Of a stretch of DNA of 44,095 bases, positions 23,570-34,985 are shown piece after piece. This DNA is from Nemertoderma westbladi. Its lineage: Eukaryota > Animalia > Xenacoelomorpha. The notes beneath the pieces are model-generated. The model made no database searches. It was not told the origin of the DNA and worked only from the letters and a program-made list of their open reading frames with translations. The translations under genes were made by a program, and so were the position numbers. Position 1 is the stretch's first letter. The number at the start of each line of letters is the position of its first letter. The stretch lies in NCBI GenBank assembly GCA_032718475.1, contig JAUCBJ010003105.1, forward strand, positions 1-44,095, given 5' to 3'.

Positions 23570-25379
23570 CAGTGCCGGATTAAGCATCTGGTGGCCCTAA
23601 GGCACATTTTAGTGATTTCCTAAAATGGCCCGAAAATTTATATTTTTCCGCAAACCCTTTCAAAAGAAAAAGCTGCTAAAAACAACTGAAAATGTTGCGA
23701 ATGATATATAAAGTATTTTCGTTGGATGACTGCGTGCCAATAAGTACTTTAATAATAAGTACTTTGCAAAAATAGTTTTCATCAAGAATTGTAACATTAC
23801 TAAACGGGATATTATGCTATTCCTATAAAACCTTTGCTATAAAAAGTGTAATGCTTTTAGTAGAATTTCAAGCTTTAATTTCAGGCATTAATATGTAACT
23901 TAGCTCATGTTTAAAGATCTGTAATACAACCTGCATGAAGTTCTTGGCCCAAGACTTTGATAAAATGGACCAAGATATGTAGGCTATCTTCTATGAAAAC
24001 TTTAAAACAATTTTATTAGCACAAAATTATTGTTTTTGAAAAATTTATGGGGGTTTTAGTATGTCCAGGCTATATTTTGGGAATCACATATTTTGGGATA
24101 GACAAAGTGTAGCAGTTACACAATCGGTTCTAGAATATTCAAATGGCTATGTTTTACAAAACCAACGATAGTAGTCCTAAAGCTGCTGAACATTTTGGTA
24201 TATGTTTGATGGCAATTGAGTAAAAAATAAAATAGTAGTTGGGAATTTAGTGATGAAAAAAGACAAAATTGACAAACTGATAAAAAGGTTTTTTATACAG
24301 AGAGTCATAAATATCAGCAATATATTATGTTGTTGAAAAGAGCTGTTTTGAGGTTAAAAAATAATTCAATGTTGAAAACCGATATCACCTTATGAAAGCC
24401 TTTCTATCAAACTACAAAAATTGTGTAAATTTTCGAAAATTTCATTTCTGTGGGTGTTATACAGAAGGTGGCCCCCTTAAGGCTGACTGGCCCCTGTAGG
24501 CTGTAGGCATTTAACAATTTTGATCGGATCGTGGGAATGTGTTATTTATTTGATCGGATCGTGGGAATGTGTTATTTATTTGCTGTAGCCTGTAGGGTAG
24601 GTTTCACAGGGTACTTATCTTTACAGGACTTGCTGAGAAATATAACTCACCAAAAGTGTGGGCTTAGTGCTGTAGTGCAAAGATGTAATATTTCTGATCT
24701 AGATTTGGACTTGCTGAGAAAGTAATGTTCTTCGATAAGAGAACAGTCTCTGAAATAAGCACTTTTTGTCACTAATTTTAATTTACCCAAATTCAATTAT
24801 GCTGTCCGAGAGTTTTAGGTTTTGCAGGAATTGCACCTAAAATGCCATCGATGCAAAATTCAATACACGGGGGCAGAACATCTGAATTTCGGTTAAATTA
24901 AATTACAGTAGTGAGAAAAAGTTACTTCTGACACGTTTTTCTTTATCAACAACTATTTTATCTACAACAAATTATGTGGTTGTTGGCGTTGTTCTAGAAA
25001 GTTTAAGAGCATAACGACAAATAATTAAAATTAAATTGAAAAAAAATTCAATTAAATTCTCCATTGTTCATAATTAACACTTTAAAGTTTTACTGCCCAT
25101 GTTATATTATTTCCCTGCCATCAGGTCTCGAACTAATAACACAGCACCTGTCGGTCGACTGAGCTAGAATTTTGCACTTTCTATCACAAATTTAGGAATA
25201 GATAGTAGTCGAAAGATGCACTTTCTTGCTCTGTTTTCTACAAATTTTAGTGAGATAAAATGTAGACTTTTCAGATAAAAATATTTTTCACAGGAATGAC
25301 TCGCTGAGAAAAAATGGCCCGTATTTTCGGCTGGCCCTAAGGCACGTGCCTTATATGCCTTAAGGTTAATCCAGCAGTG
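23570..25379. mobile_element. Non-autonomous hAT-type DNA transposon, 1810 bp
   Basis: TIRs CAGTGCCGGATTAA / TTAATCCAGCAGTG (12/14 match); perfect 8-bp TSD TTTGCAGT at 23562-23569 and 25380-25387; subterminal TGGCCCTAAGGCAC at both ends; no transposase ORF. Confidence 0.88.
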
Positions 25380-25581
25380 TTTGCAGTTACCCCCATGTGA
25401 AGAATACCAGGTTTTCACCAAAACCACAGGTTACAGAAGGGCTGAATCTAACCAAAACAATAAACGAATTAGTATATGTACAGGTTATAAGACAGAAATA
25501 AGCGCTATATAACACTTAATAAAGATAAATTAAATAAAATAAAAAATCTTCATATATAATATTATTATTTATTTCATCATA

Positions 25582-25680
25582 TTTCGTTGGGCACAGCTTT
25601 GAAAGCCAGCAATAACGTCCAGGAGGGATCGAACTGATGACCTCCGTATTGGAAGTCTGACGCTCTAACCATTCTGTTAG
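25582..25680 (-). mobile_element. Degenerate tRNA-derived SINE fragment
   Basis: The - strand reads AGAATGGTTAGAGCGTCAGACTTCCAATACGGAGGTCATCAGTTCGATCCC (D-arm-like, B box); the following body (TTGGGCACAGC...GCAAT.ACGTCCAG on +) recurs at ~9533-9575. Confidence 0.6.
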
Positions 25681-26257
25681 TGGCTCAGGTAAAAGGTAGA
25701 CCTGGAAATACTACCTTATACCTTGTATGTCCTCATGGCCTCCCATCTGTCAATACCAGTTCGTGGTCACTGGTCACTAGATCGATCCCATCTAGAAGTA
25801 ATTGCCGACTAAGCTGTGTGCTGCTGTCTTCACCAGCTATCTTCACCAGGTCAGGTGGTATCGTGTCTGACTATCTGCACCAAGTTTCTGTTTAACGTTT
25901 ACACTTTACACCCGCAATACACGTACAAACTACAGACAGACATATGGCGTAATAAGATGTTGGTACTAGCAGTGATGGGCTATACAAATCTAGATAGTAG
26001 GCCCCTATAATGCAGGATAAGTAATAAAGTAAAGTAGGCCCTAATCAAATTTCCGCCGATGGCGAATTTATTTTTTTCGCTACAACAATTGCTGATGTTA
26101 GCTCAGAGTTGTCCAAAATCCTGTTTAAATTGCTTTAATTTCTTTTAGCCCTCCTACAGTCCTAAGGCCCTACCGTTTATCCTCGTTTATTCTATAACTT
26201 AACCTATTGAAGTTCCCTTTACTGCTTTACTGATTGTTGAATTACCGCTCCTGAAAT

Positions 26258-27565
26258 ATGGCAGTTAGTTTGTGCTCTAACATATTGCGATGCCAAAGTT
26301 ACAGAACGGGGAGCGGAACTGTGGGGTCTATCAGCCGACAGCGGCCTCTATCCCGCGGTGTCGGTACATCGTGGTGGTCCAACGTTGAGTTGGGACCCCC
26401 GGACCCCATACTGGGTGTCACCGAGGCCTTCAAACGGGACACCAACCCCAAGAAGATAAACCTCGGCGTCGGGGCCTATAGAGATGATTCTGGGAAACCT
26501 TTTGTGCTCCCGAGCGTTCGGGAAGCGGCACAAAGGCTTCACGAGGCCGATTTGGACCACGAATATCTCCCGATAACCGGGGACTCCGAGTTCTGCTCGG
26601 CGTCCCGGGAGCTAGCCTTCGGGGAGGAGGCGGCGGCGAGCGGACGCATCGTAACCGTGCAAGGGATATCCGGGACCGGGTCACTCCGCATCGGAGCCAA
26701 CTTCCTGCAAAAGTTCCACGCCGGGGACAAAAAGGTCTACCTGCCGGGCCCCAGTTGGGGCAACCACACGCCGATATTCGGGCACGCGGGGATGTCCGTA
26801 GGCTCCTACCGGTACTACGAGCCGTCGACCTGCGGGCTCGATCTATCCGGGTGTCTGTCGGATATATCGTCTATCCCTAAAGGTAGCGTGATCCTCCTGC
26901 ATGCGTGCGCGCACAATCCCACAGGGGTGGACCCCACACGCGAGCAGTGGCTCGCCATAGAGGCCGCCGTCAAGGAACGCGAGCTGTTTGTCTTCTTCGA
27001 TATGGCCTACCAGGGATTCGCTTCCGGTGATATCGATAACGACGCCTGGGCATTACGTCAGTTCGTTTCCGCCGGACATAACGTGGTGTTGGCGCAGAGT
27101 TACGCGAAGAATATGGGGCTGTACGGGGAGCGAATCGGGGCGTTTAGCGTGGTCGCCGTGGACGCAGATGAAGCGAAACGAGTTGAGTCGCAACTTAAGA
27201 TAATCGTTCGTCCGATGTATTCGAACCCCCCGCTTTCCGGGGCTCGCATCGCTAAGACGGTGCTCCGTGACGCGACGTTGAGGAAGCAGTGGTTGGCCGA
27301 CGTAAAGGGGATGGCCGATCGGATAATATCGATGCGTCAGCGATTGTCCGACGGGTTGGTGCGCGAGGGCTCCTCCCGCGGTTGGGAACACATCACCAAG
27401 CAGATCGGGATGTTCTGTTTCACGGGGTTGAACCCCGACCAGGTGGCCAGACTGACCGCAGACCACTCGGTTTATCTCACTAAGGACGGGCGGATATCTG
27501 TAGCTGGTCTATCCTCCACCAATGTAGACTACCTGGCCCACGCCATGCACCAGGTCACCAAGTGA
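26258..27565 (+). CDS. GOT2: Mitochondrial aspartate aminotransferase, intronless
   Basis: Arg/Ser-rich transit peptide, then [62 protein letters not shown]-lysine motif [15 protein letters not shown] and [12 protein letters not shown]; AATAAA at 27630. Confidence 0.97.
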   Translation: MAVSLCSNILRCQSYRTGSGTVGSISRQRPLSRGVGTSWWSNVELGPPDPILGVTEAFKRDTNPKKINLGVGAYRDDSGKPFVLPSVREAAQRLHEADLDHEYLPITGDSEFCSASRELAFGEEAAASGRIVTVQGISGTGSLRIGANFLQKFHAGDKKVYLPGPSWGNHTPIFGHAGMSVGSYRYYEPSTCGLDLSGCLSDISSIPKGSVILLHACAHNPTGVDPTREQWLAIEAAVKERELFVFFDMAYQGFASGDIDNDAWALRQFVSAGHNVVLAQSYAKNMGLYGERIGAFSVVAVDADEAKRVESQLKIIVRPMYSNPPLSGARIAKTVLRDATLRKQWLADVKGMADRIISMRQRLSDGLVREGSSRGWEHITKQIGMFCFTGLNPDQVARLTADHSVYLTKDGRISVAGLSSTNVDYLAHAMHQVTK

Positions 27566-28010
27566 AACATTTGCATTCTATTCAATACATTATTATGTTA
27601 GGGTTACCAATTAGAGTTATCGATTACACAATAAAAATATATTATTTAGTACTTTATAGGGTTTCAATTAGGTATTGGATTTAGATGTGTCTTATTTTGT
27701 ATCACTTGTTTGGTATTTTGTGCCAATATATCGCTCTCTATTTGTTTTATACGAGATTGCGATTATTGAAATAGTTATATTTATATTTAATATTAACTGA
27801 ATATTTGATTATTTTTCGCGACTATAACAGTAATGATATCATAATAATTAATACGCCAAAACTCAGTTCTCAATTAATTGTTGCTCATTTTTTGCACAAT
27901 GATATTAGACACTTAGAGTTTGTTTTCATTTAATGAGAAAGATTTGAATAAATTAATGTGAGTCCGCGACATTTTTTTCAAATCCGGAATTGCGAAGTAG
28001 CGAGCTTAGA

Positions 28011-29076
28011 ATACAGGTTACAGCATACAGGTTACAGCATACAGGTTACAGCATACAGGTTACAGCATACAGGTTACAGCATACAGGTTACAGCATACAG
28101 GTTACAGCATACAGGTTACAGCATACAGGTTACAGCATACAGGTTACAGCATACATGTTACAGCATACAGGTTACAGCATACAGGTTACAGCATACAGGT
28201 TACAGCATACAGGTTACAGCATACAGGTTACAGCAAACAGGTTACAGCATACAGGTTACAGCATACAGGTTACAACATACAGGTTACAGCATACAGGTTA
28301 CAACATACAGGTTACAGCATACAGGTTACAGCATACAGGTTACAGCAAACAAGTTACAGCAAACAGGTTACAGCATACAGGTTACAGCATACAGGTTACA
28401 GCATACAGGTTACAGCATACAGGTTACAGCATACAGGTTACAGCATACAGGTTACAGCATACAGGTTACAGCATACAGGTTACAGCATACAGGTTACAGC
28501 ATACAGGTTACAGCAAACAAGTTACAGCAAACAGGTTACAGCATACAGGTTACAGCATACAGGTTACAGCATACAGGTTACAGCATACAGGTTACAGCAT
28601 ACAGGTTACAGCAAACAAGTTACAGCAAACAAGTTACAGCAAACAGGTTACAGCATACAGGTTACAGCATACAGGTTACAGCATACAGGTTACAGCATAC
28701 AGGTTACAGCATACAGGTTACAGCATACAGGTTACAGCATACAGGTTACAGCATACAGGTTACAGCATACAGGTTACAGCATACAGGTTACAGCATACAG
28801 GTTACAGCATACAGGTTACAGCATACAGGTTACAGCATACAGGTTACAGCAAACAAGTTACAGCAAACAGGTTACAGCATACAGGTTACAACATACAGGT
28901 TACAGCATACAGGTTACAGCATACAGGTTACAGCAAACAGGTTACAGCAAACAAGTTACAGCAAACAGGTTACAGCATACAGGTTACAACATACAGGTTA
29001 CAGCATACAGGTTACAGCATACAGGTTACAGCAAACAGGTTACAGCAAACAGGTTACAGCATACAGGTTACAGCAT
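28011..29076 (+). repeat. 14-bp satellite (ACAGGTTACAGCAT), ~76 copies
   Basis: Direct periodicity. Confidence 0.98.
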
Positions 29077-29591
29077 GAGCATAGTGGTAGTAATTTGATT
29101 GTCAGAATATAATAATAATATATAAATATACCACCGCAAGGAAGTAACCAACCATTCGCAATACATAAATACGTAAACATTCGCAATACGTACCACGAAA
29201 AATAAAACTAAATATGGCGTGCAGAGTATACAAAAAAAAAGAAAAATATTTTAATTCTAAATAGTATCTAATATCTGTCCAAAGCACAATCAGGTAGCAA
29301 AGTATACAAAAATAAATCAATTAATTAATTATTTTAAGTATTATGTTATTATACGGTTATATTAAATATTTCACCCTAGATACGGACATTTATGTAGCGT
29401 TCGGGAAAAAAATAGACATGGAAATAAATAGTCGAGATAAATAAACTAGTTTACACAAAATACTACATTAAATTATATTATATACCATTGATTGATGCCA
29501 TCATTTTTGTAGCGTTAAAAAAATAGTGGAAAATAAAGGAGAGAAAGGGAGGGTGGCTCAGAGTTCATGTAGAGGTTAAGTTACCTCGAGG

Positions 29592-29741
29592 CACTGAAGG
29601 ATGTTGGCTGCATGGCGGTAGACTGGGGCGCTGAAGGATGTTGGCTGCATGGCGGTAGACTGGGGCGCTGAAGGATGTTGGCTGCATGGCCGTAGACTGG
29701 GGCGCTGAAGGATGTTGGCTGCAAGGCGGTAGACTGGGGCG
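29592..29741. repeat. 37-bp tandem repeat x4 (CGCTGAAGGATGTTGGCTGCATGGCGGTAGACTGGGG)
   Basis: CTGAAGG at 29594, 29631 and onward. Confidence 0.95.
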
Positions 29742-29978
29742 CAAGAGGCATTTAATATATGGATAGACTAATTCCACTGGCACCTATTTCCTGGGCCATT
29801 CGATTTCGTTCCGAGGAGCGGACACGACGGAACAACATGGTCCTCCGTCTGGACCTGGCCACATTTACAAAATAGGGTATACGGACGTGTCACGGGCTTG
29901 TTTTCATCCCTAGATTTTTCGGACGTGACTGGAGGCAAAATTTACATATGCGAGATTTACACATATACGTAGTAATAC

Positions 29979-32900
29979 GGCGTATACGTAAAACGGACAG
30001 CAGTTTACAGACAGGTTTGCGGACAGGTTTGCGGACAGGTTTGCAGACAGGTTTGCGGACAGGTTTGCGGACAGGTTTGCAGACAGGTTTGCGGACTGGT
30101 TTGAGGACAGGTTTGCGGATAGGGTTACGAACAGGTTTGCGGACTGGCTTGGTTTCAGAACCCCCCCCCCCCCCCCCCAGATACAAAACACAGAAGAACG
30201 CAGTAGAATGTAGGTAGGTAGGTAGGTAATTACAATTACAATGTATCTTACACTTTTTTTCTACTTATTCGCTTTTTGGTGTAGTAAGCATTTCAAAATG
30301 TTACTAAATCTTACTCTTTGTAAATCTTACTCTGTCTTCCAAGCCAGTACCCCCCCCCCCCCCCCTCTCCCTTAAGCTTATTAGCTTTAGCTTGGTATTA
30401 CGCTAAAGAACCTCAGCTTCAACAGTTGTGTATAGTTCGTCTAGCACAAGGTCTCATTCACATGCCTAAAGGTGCAATGATTCTTGAGTCCATATCATAT
30501 TGAACCGGGTTGGTCTGACGGGTTTACTTACTCTGACTCCTGGTTGCTTATCTCGAATGTAAAGGTCACAATTCTCGGAAAGTCTCACTTCCTCATCTAC
30601 CTCCTCCCAATCCGTCACAAGATGTTATGTGGGACCGAGGATGTAGCAGAATATGACGTCTTTCTGTCGCAAAAGCTTCCCTAAAGCTGCGGCAAGAAGC
30701 TAGTCAGTGTCATAAAAACATGTGACTCCCCCCCCCCCCCCCCCCCCCCCCCACTATCTTAGCGAAAACACTACAGGTTCGTGAAATAAATTGTTATGGT
30801 GTCCACAATCAGAAGAATGGGAAAATGGAAGAGGTGAAAATGTCAAAAAGGCAAGAGGCGACTGAACGTGGTGGCAAATTCGGGTTATATCGGGTTATTT
30901 TGTGAACAATGCACAGCATAATGGGTGTAGGTGTTGTTCCCATCACCATAACTCCATTCGTTATTTCAATAAACACGAATTCAAAACACTGACCATTGGA
31001 AAGCCCATACTCGATATAGTTGGGGTAGGCTAGCTGTTGTTCCCATAACCGTTGGTGCATTCGTTCTTGAAATGACACCCATAACAACCCGTTGCTATAG
31101 TAACACAAATTCAAACAATGACCATACCTAAATAAGTTAAACTGTCCGTAAACCTGTCTGCAAACCTGTCCGTAAACCTGTCCGTAAACCTGTCTGCAAA
31201 CCTGTCCGCAAACTTGTCCGCAAACCAGTCCTCAAACCTGTTCGCAAACCAGTCCGTAAACCTGTCCGCAAACCTGTCTGAAAACCTGTCTGCAAACCTG
31301 TCTGCAAACCAGTCCGCAAACCTGTCCGTAAACCTATCCGCAAACCTGTCCGCAAACCAGTCCGCAAACTTGTCCGCAAACCAGTCCTCAAACCTGTTCG
31401 CAAACCAGTCCGTAAACATGTCTGCAAACCTGTCCGTAAACCTGTCCGCAAACCTGTCCGTAAACCTGTCCGCAAACCTGTTCGTAAACCTATCCGCAAA
31501 CCTGTCCTCAAACCAGTCCGCAAACCTGTCTGCAAACCTGTCCGCAAACCTGTCCGCAAACCTGTCCTGCAAACCTGTCCGCAAACCTGTCCGTAAACCT
31601 GTCCGCAAACCTGTCCGTAAACGTGTCCGCAAACCTGTTCGTAAACCTGTCCGTAAAACCTGTCCGTAACACCTGTCCGCAAACCTGTCTGCAAACCGGT
31701 CCGCAAACCTGTCCGCAAACCTGTCCGCAAACCTGTCCTGCAAACCTGTCCGCAAACCTGTCCGTAAACCTGTCCGCAAACCTGTCCGTAAACGTGTCCG
31801 CAAACCTGTTCGTAAAGCTGTCCGTAAAAACTGTCCGTAACACTTGTCCGCAAACTTGTCTGTAAACCGGTCCGTAAACCTGTCCGCAAACCTGTCTGTA
31901 AGCCTGTCCGCAAACCAGTCCGTAAACCTGTCTGCAAACCTGTCCGTAAACCTGTCCGCAAACCTGTCCGTAAACCTGTCCTCAAACCTGTCTGCAAACC
32001 TGTCCGTAAACCTGTCCGTAAACCTGTCCGTAAACTTGTCTGCAAACCTGTCCGCAAACTTGTGCGCAAACCAGTCCTCAAACCTGTCCGTAAACCTGTC
32101 CGTAAACCTGTCCGTAAACCTGTCCGTAAACTTGTCTGCAAACCAGTCCTCAAACCTGTCCGTAAACCTTTCCGTAAACCTGTCTGCAAACCTGTCCGTA
32201 AACCTGTCTACAAACCTGTCTGCAAACCTGTCTGCAAACCTGTCCGTAAACCTGTCCGCAAACCTGTCTGCAAACTGTCCGTAAACCTGTCCGCAAACCT
32301 GTCCGTAAACCTGTCTGCAAACCTGTCCGCAAACCTGTCCGCAAACCTGTCCGTAAACCTGTCTGCAAACCTGTCCGCAAACTTGTCCGCAAACCAGTCC
32401 TCAAACCTGTTCGCAAACCAGTCCGTAAACATGTCTGCAAACCTGTCCGTAAACCTGTCCGCAAACCTGTCCGTAAACCTGTCCTCAAACCTGTCTGCAA
32501 ACCTGTCCGTAAACCTGTCCGTAAACCTGTCCGTAAACCTGTCTGCAAACCTGTCCGCAAACTTGTCCGCAAACCAGTCCTCAAACCTGTTCGCAAACCA
32601 GTCCGTAAACCTGTCTGCAAACCTGTCCGTAAACCTGTCCGCAAACCTGTCCGTAAACCTGTCCTCAAACCTGTCTGCAAACCTGTCCGTAAACCTGTCC
32701 GTAAACCTGTCCGTAAACTTGTCTGCAAACCTGTCCGCAAACTTGTGCGCAAACCAGTCCTCAAACCTGTCCGTAAACCTGTCCGTAAACCTGTCCGTAA
32801 ACTTGTCTGCAAACCAGTCCTCAAACCTGTCCGTAAACCTTTCCGTAAACCTGTCTGCAAACCTGTCCGTAAACCTATCTACAAACCTGTCTGCAAACCT

Positions 32901-33100
32901 GTCTGCAAACCTGTCCGTAAACCTGTCCGCAAACCTGTCTGCAAACTGTCCGTAAACCTGTCCGCAAACCTGTCCGTAAACCTGTCTGCAAACCTGTCCG
33001 CAAACCTGTCTGCAAACCTGTCCGTAAACCTGTCTGCAAACTATCTGTAAACCGGTCCGTAAACCTGTCCGTAAACTGCTGTCCGTTTTACTTTTACGCC
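29979..33100. mobile_element. Foldback-type element: ~30-bp TIRs with inverted subterminal 12-bp tandem arrays (short left, long right)
   Basis: GGCGTATACGTAAAACGGACAGCAGTTTAC versus GTAAACTGCTGTCCGTTTTACTTTTACGCC; (ACAGGTTTGCGG)n at ~30005-30150 and (AAACCTGTCCGY)n at ~31141-33075. Confidence 0.82.
31141..33075. repeat. 12-bp satellite (AAACCTGTCCGY), ~160 copies
   Basis: Direct periodicity; source of the many spurious repetitive ORFs here. Confidence 0.98.
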
Positions 33101-33214
33101 CATTTATAATATACAGTATATCTATAAATTATAAATTGCAGCAAATTGGTCATCGACTTGTTACTTTTTCTATAAAAAGGTATTCTCGAATATTGTAGCT
33201 AGTTCCAGCGTTTG

Positions 33215-33757
33215 TGTAACCTGTATGCTGTAACCTGTTCACTGTAACAGGTATATTGTAACTTGTTTGCTGTAACTTGTTTGCTGTAACCTGTATGCTG
33301 TAACGTGTATGCTGTAACCTGTATGCTGTAACCTGTTCACTGTAACCGGTATGTTGTAACTTGTTTGCTGTAACATGTATGCTATAACCTGTATGTTGTA
33401 ACTTGTATGCTGTAATCTGTTCACTGTAACCGGTATGTTGTAACTTGTTTGCTGTAACCTGTATGCTGTAACCTGTATGTTGTAACTTGTATGCTGTAAC
33501 CTGTTCACTGTAACCGGTATGTTGTAACTTGTTTTCTGTAACCTGTATGTTGTAACCTTTATGTTGTAACTTGTATGCTGTAACCTGTTCACTGTAACCG
33601 GTATGTTGTAACTTGTTTGCTGTAACATGTATGCTATAACCTGTATGTTGTAACTTGTATGCTGTAATCTGTTCACTGTAACCGGTATGTTGTAACTTGT
33701 TTGCTGTAACCTGTATGCTGTAACCTGTATGTTGTAACTTGTATGCTGTAACCTGTT
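33215..33757 (-). repeat. 14-bp satellite, inverted relative to 28011-29076, with 84-bp higher-order structure
   Basis: (TGTAACCTGTATGC)n; variant pattern CTGTTCACTGTAACCGGT recurs every 6 monomers. Confidence 0.95.
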
Positions 33758-34765
33758 TGTTCGCGCTTTCAGACCTTTAGCAGTTTAACCTGCCAATTTT
33801 AGGTGTCCTCTTGTTTATAAATCGACTTTAGCCTATAACAATTATTTAATGCACATGAAGTAACATTAGCCGAAGGCAGTCTATGCGCGATCATTCACCC
33901 ACAGTTAAGGGAGACTGGATTCGGGTGCTTTGAAGTTATTGCGTTGCAGACCTACTGTATTATTCGATTGATCGTTACTATATAATCTCTGACAATATTA
34001 TTCACTTTCGGGGAAATATTAACAGTTCCTTTAGGATGTGGCGTTTTAAGTATAAAACAGAGTTATGACTTATACTAAACACAACGAGATGGCTAATGAT
34101 TTTCGTAAATAGCGCATTCTTTAGGAGATGCTTTATTATCTGTCACACTACTGCACACGACTTCACACTGCTGCACACTGATCTGCCGACCGTCACTGAA
34201 TTTGACCATATATAAGGAGGATTGCAACTGACACATGTAGGGATTATGAAATAGCATTTAATGCACACTAAAACCACTGTAATGTAAGTCGCAATTGCTA
34301 CCGGTAACAGGTCCCTCTTACCTTCAGTAATCAAGAAGATTGGGGTTTTATGATTATTTATCGATATTCTCCAAATATAACAACATATCCATCAACATAT
34401 TACAATTAATAACAGACAGTAAAATAATGCAGTTTTGTTATACAGCAATGTTTCAGGTCAGATGTGTGACCGTAGATGAGTTGAGATAATAGATTTACAT
34501 TCTTATAATCAAAGCCGTCTAATGTTGGCCAAAGTCTGAAACTTCTAACACAGAAGTACAGAATAATTTCCAAGCAGTTGTTCTCGCTCAGAAAGGTAAA
34601 CAAAGACCGTAATGCATTGCACGGTTTTCCGTAGGCCTCTGTGCAAGATAAAATGAAAATCGCTCTGATTGGCCGAGCGAGCTGAACAAAGAAGTTCCAC
34701 ATCGGCAGTAAATCAGCTGACAGATTTCGTCATCTGAACTACACTCTATTTAGAGTATTTGGCGT

Positions 34766-34896
34766 ATTGCGGCATAAAATGGCTTGTTATGTCCGCTAAA
34801 ACACCTACAGGGTACATTGCGGAGAAAATGGCTTGTTATGTCCGCTAAAACAACTAAACAGTTCATTGCGGAGATAATGACTGGTTATATCTGCAA
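34766..34896. repeat. Three ~49-50-bp direct repeats downstream of the zinc-knuckle ORF (also at 40371-40501)
   Basis: ATTGCGG..AAAATGGCTTGTTATGTCCGCTAAAA at 34766, 34816 and (diverged) 34865. Confidence 0.85.
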
Positions 34897-34985
34897 AAGC
34901 TTTTACACCGCTCCCAGAAAATGGGATTTAATTCTATAAAATATAAAAAATCACAGTTTCTAAAATATAAAAATACTCTAAACAG

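Noticed and set aside
25722-25887. Exon-like segment upstream of GOT2 (- strand CAG...AAG|GTATAA), or the next DIP2 exon on +
   Set aside because: All three - strand frames contain stops and no + frame resembles the expected DIP2 sequence; at most a non-coding exon, which cannot be supported from sequence alone.
1000-27483. Many short ORFs overlapping the LINE, IRG, PRKCSH and GOT2
   Set aside because: Shadow or antisense frames of real coding sequence with no independent motifs.
30484-31114. Short ORFs in the foldback core as transposase remnants
   Set aside because: No recognisable DDE or DNA-binding motifs; non-ATG starts.
27958-33676. Repetitive ORFs (YRLQHTGYSIQVTA, RTGL, ANLS, KPVR, DRFA)
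   Set aside because: Translations of 14-bp and 12-bp satellites, open in several frames and on both strands.
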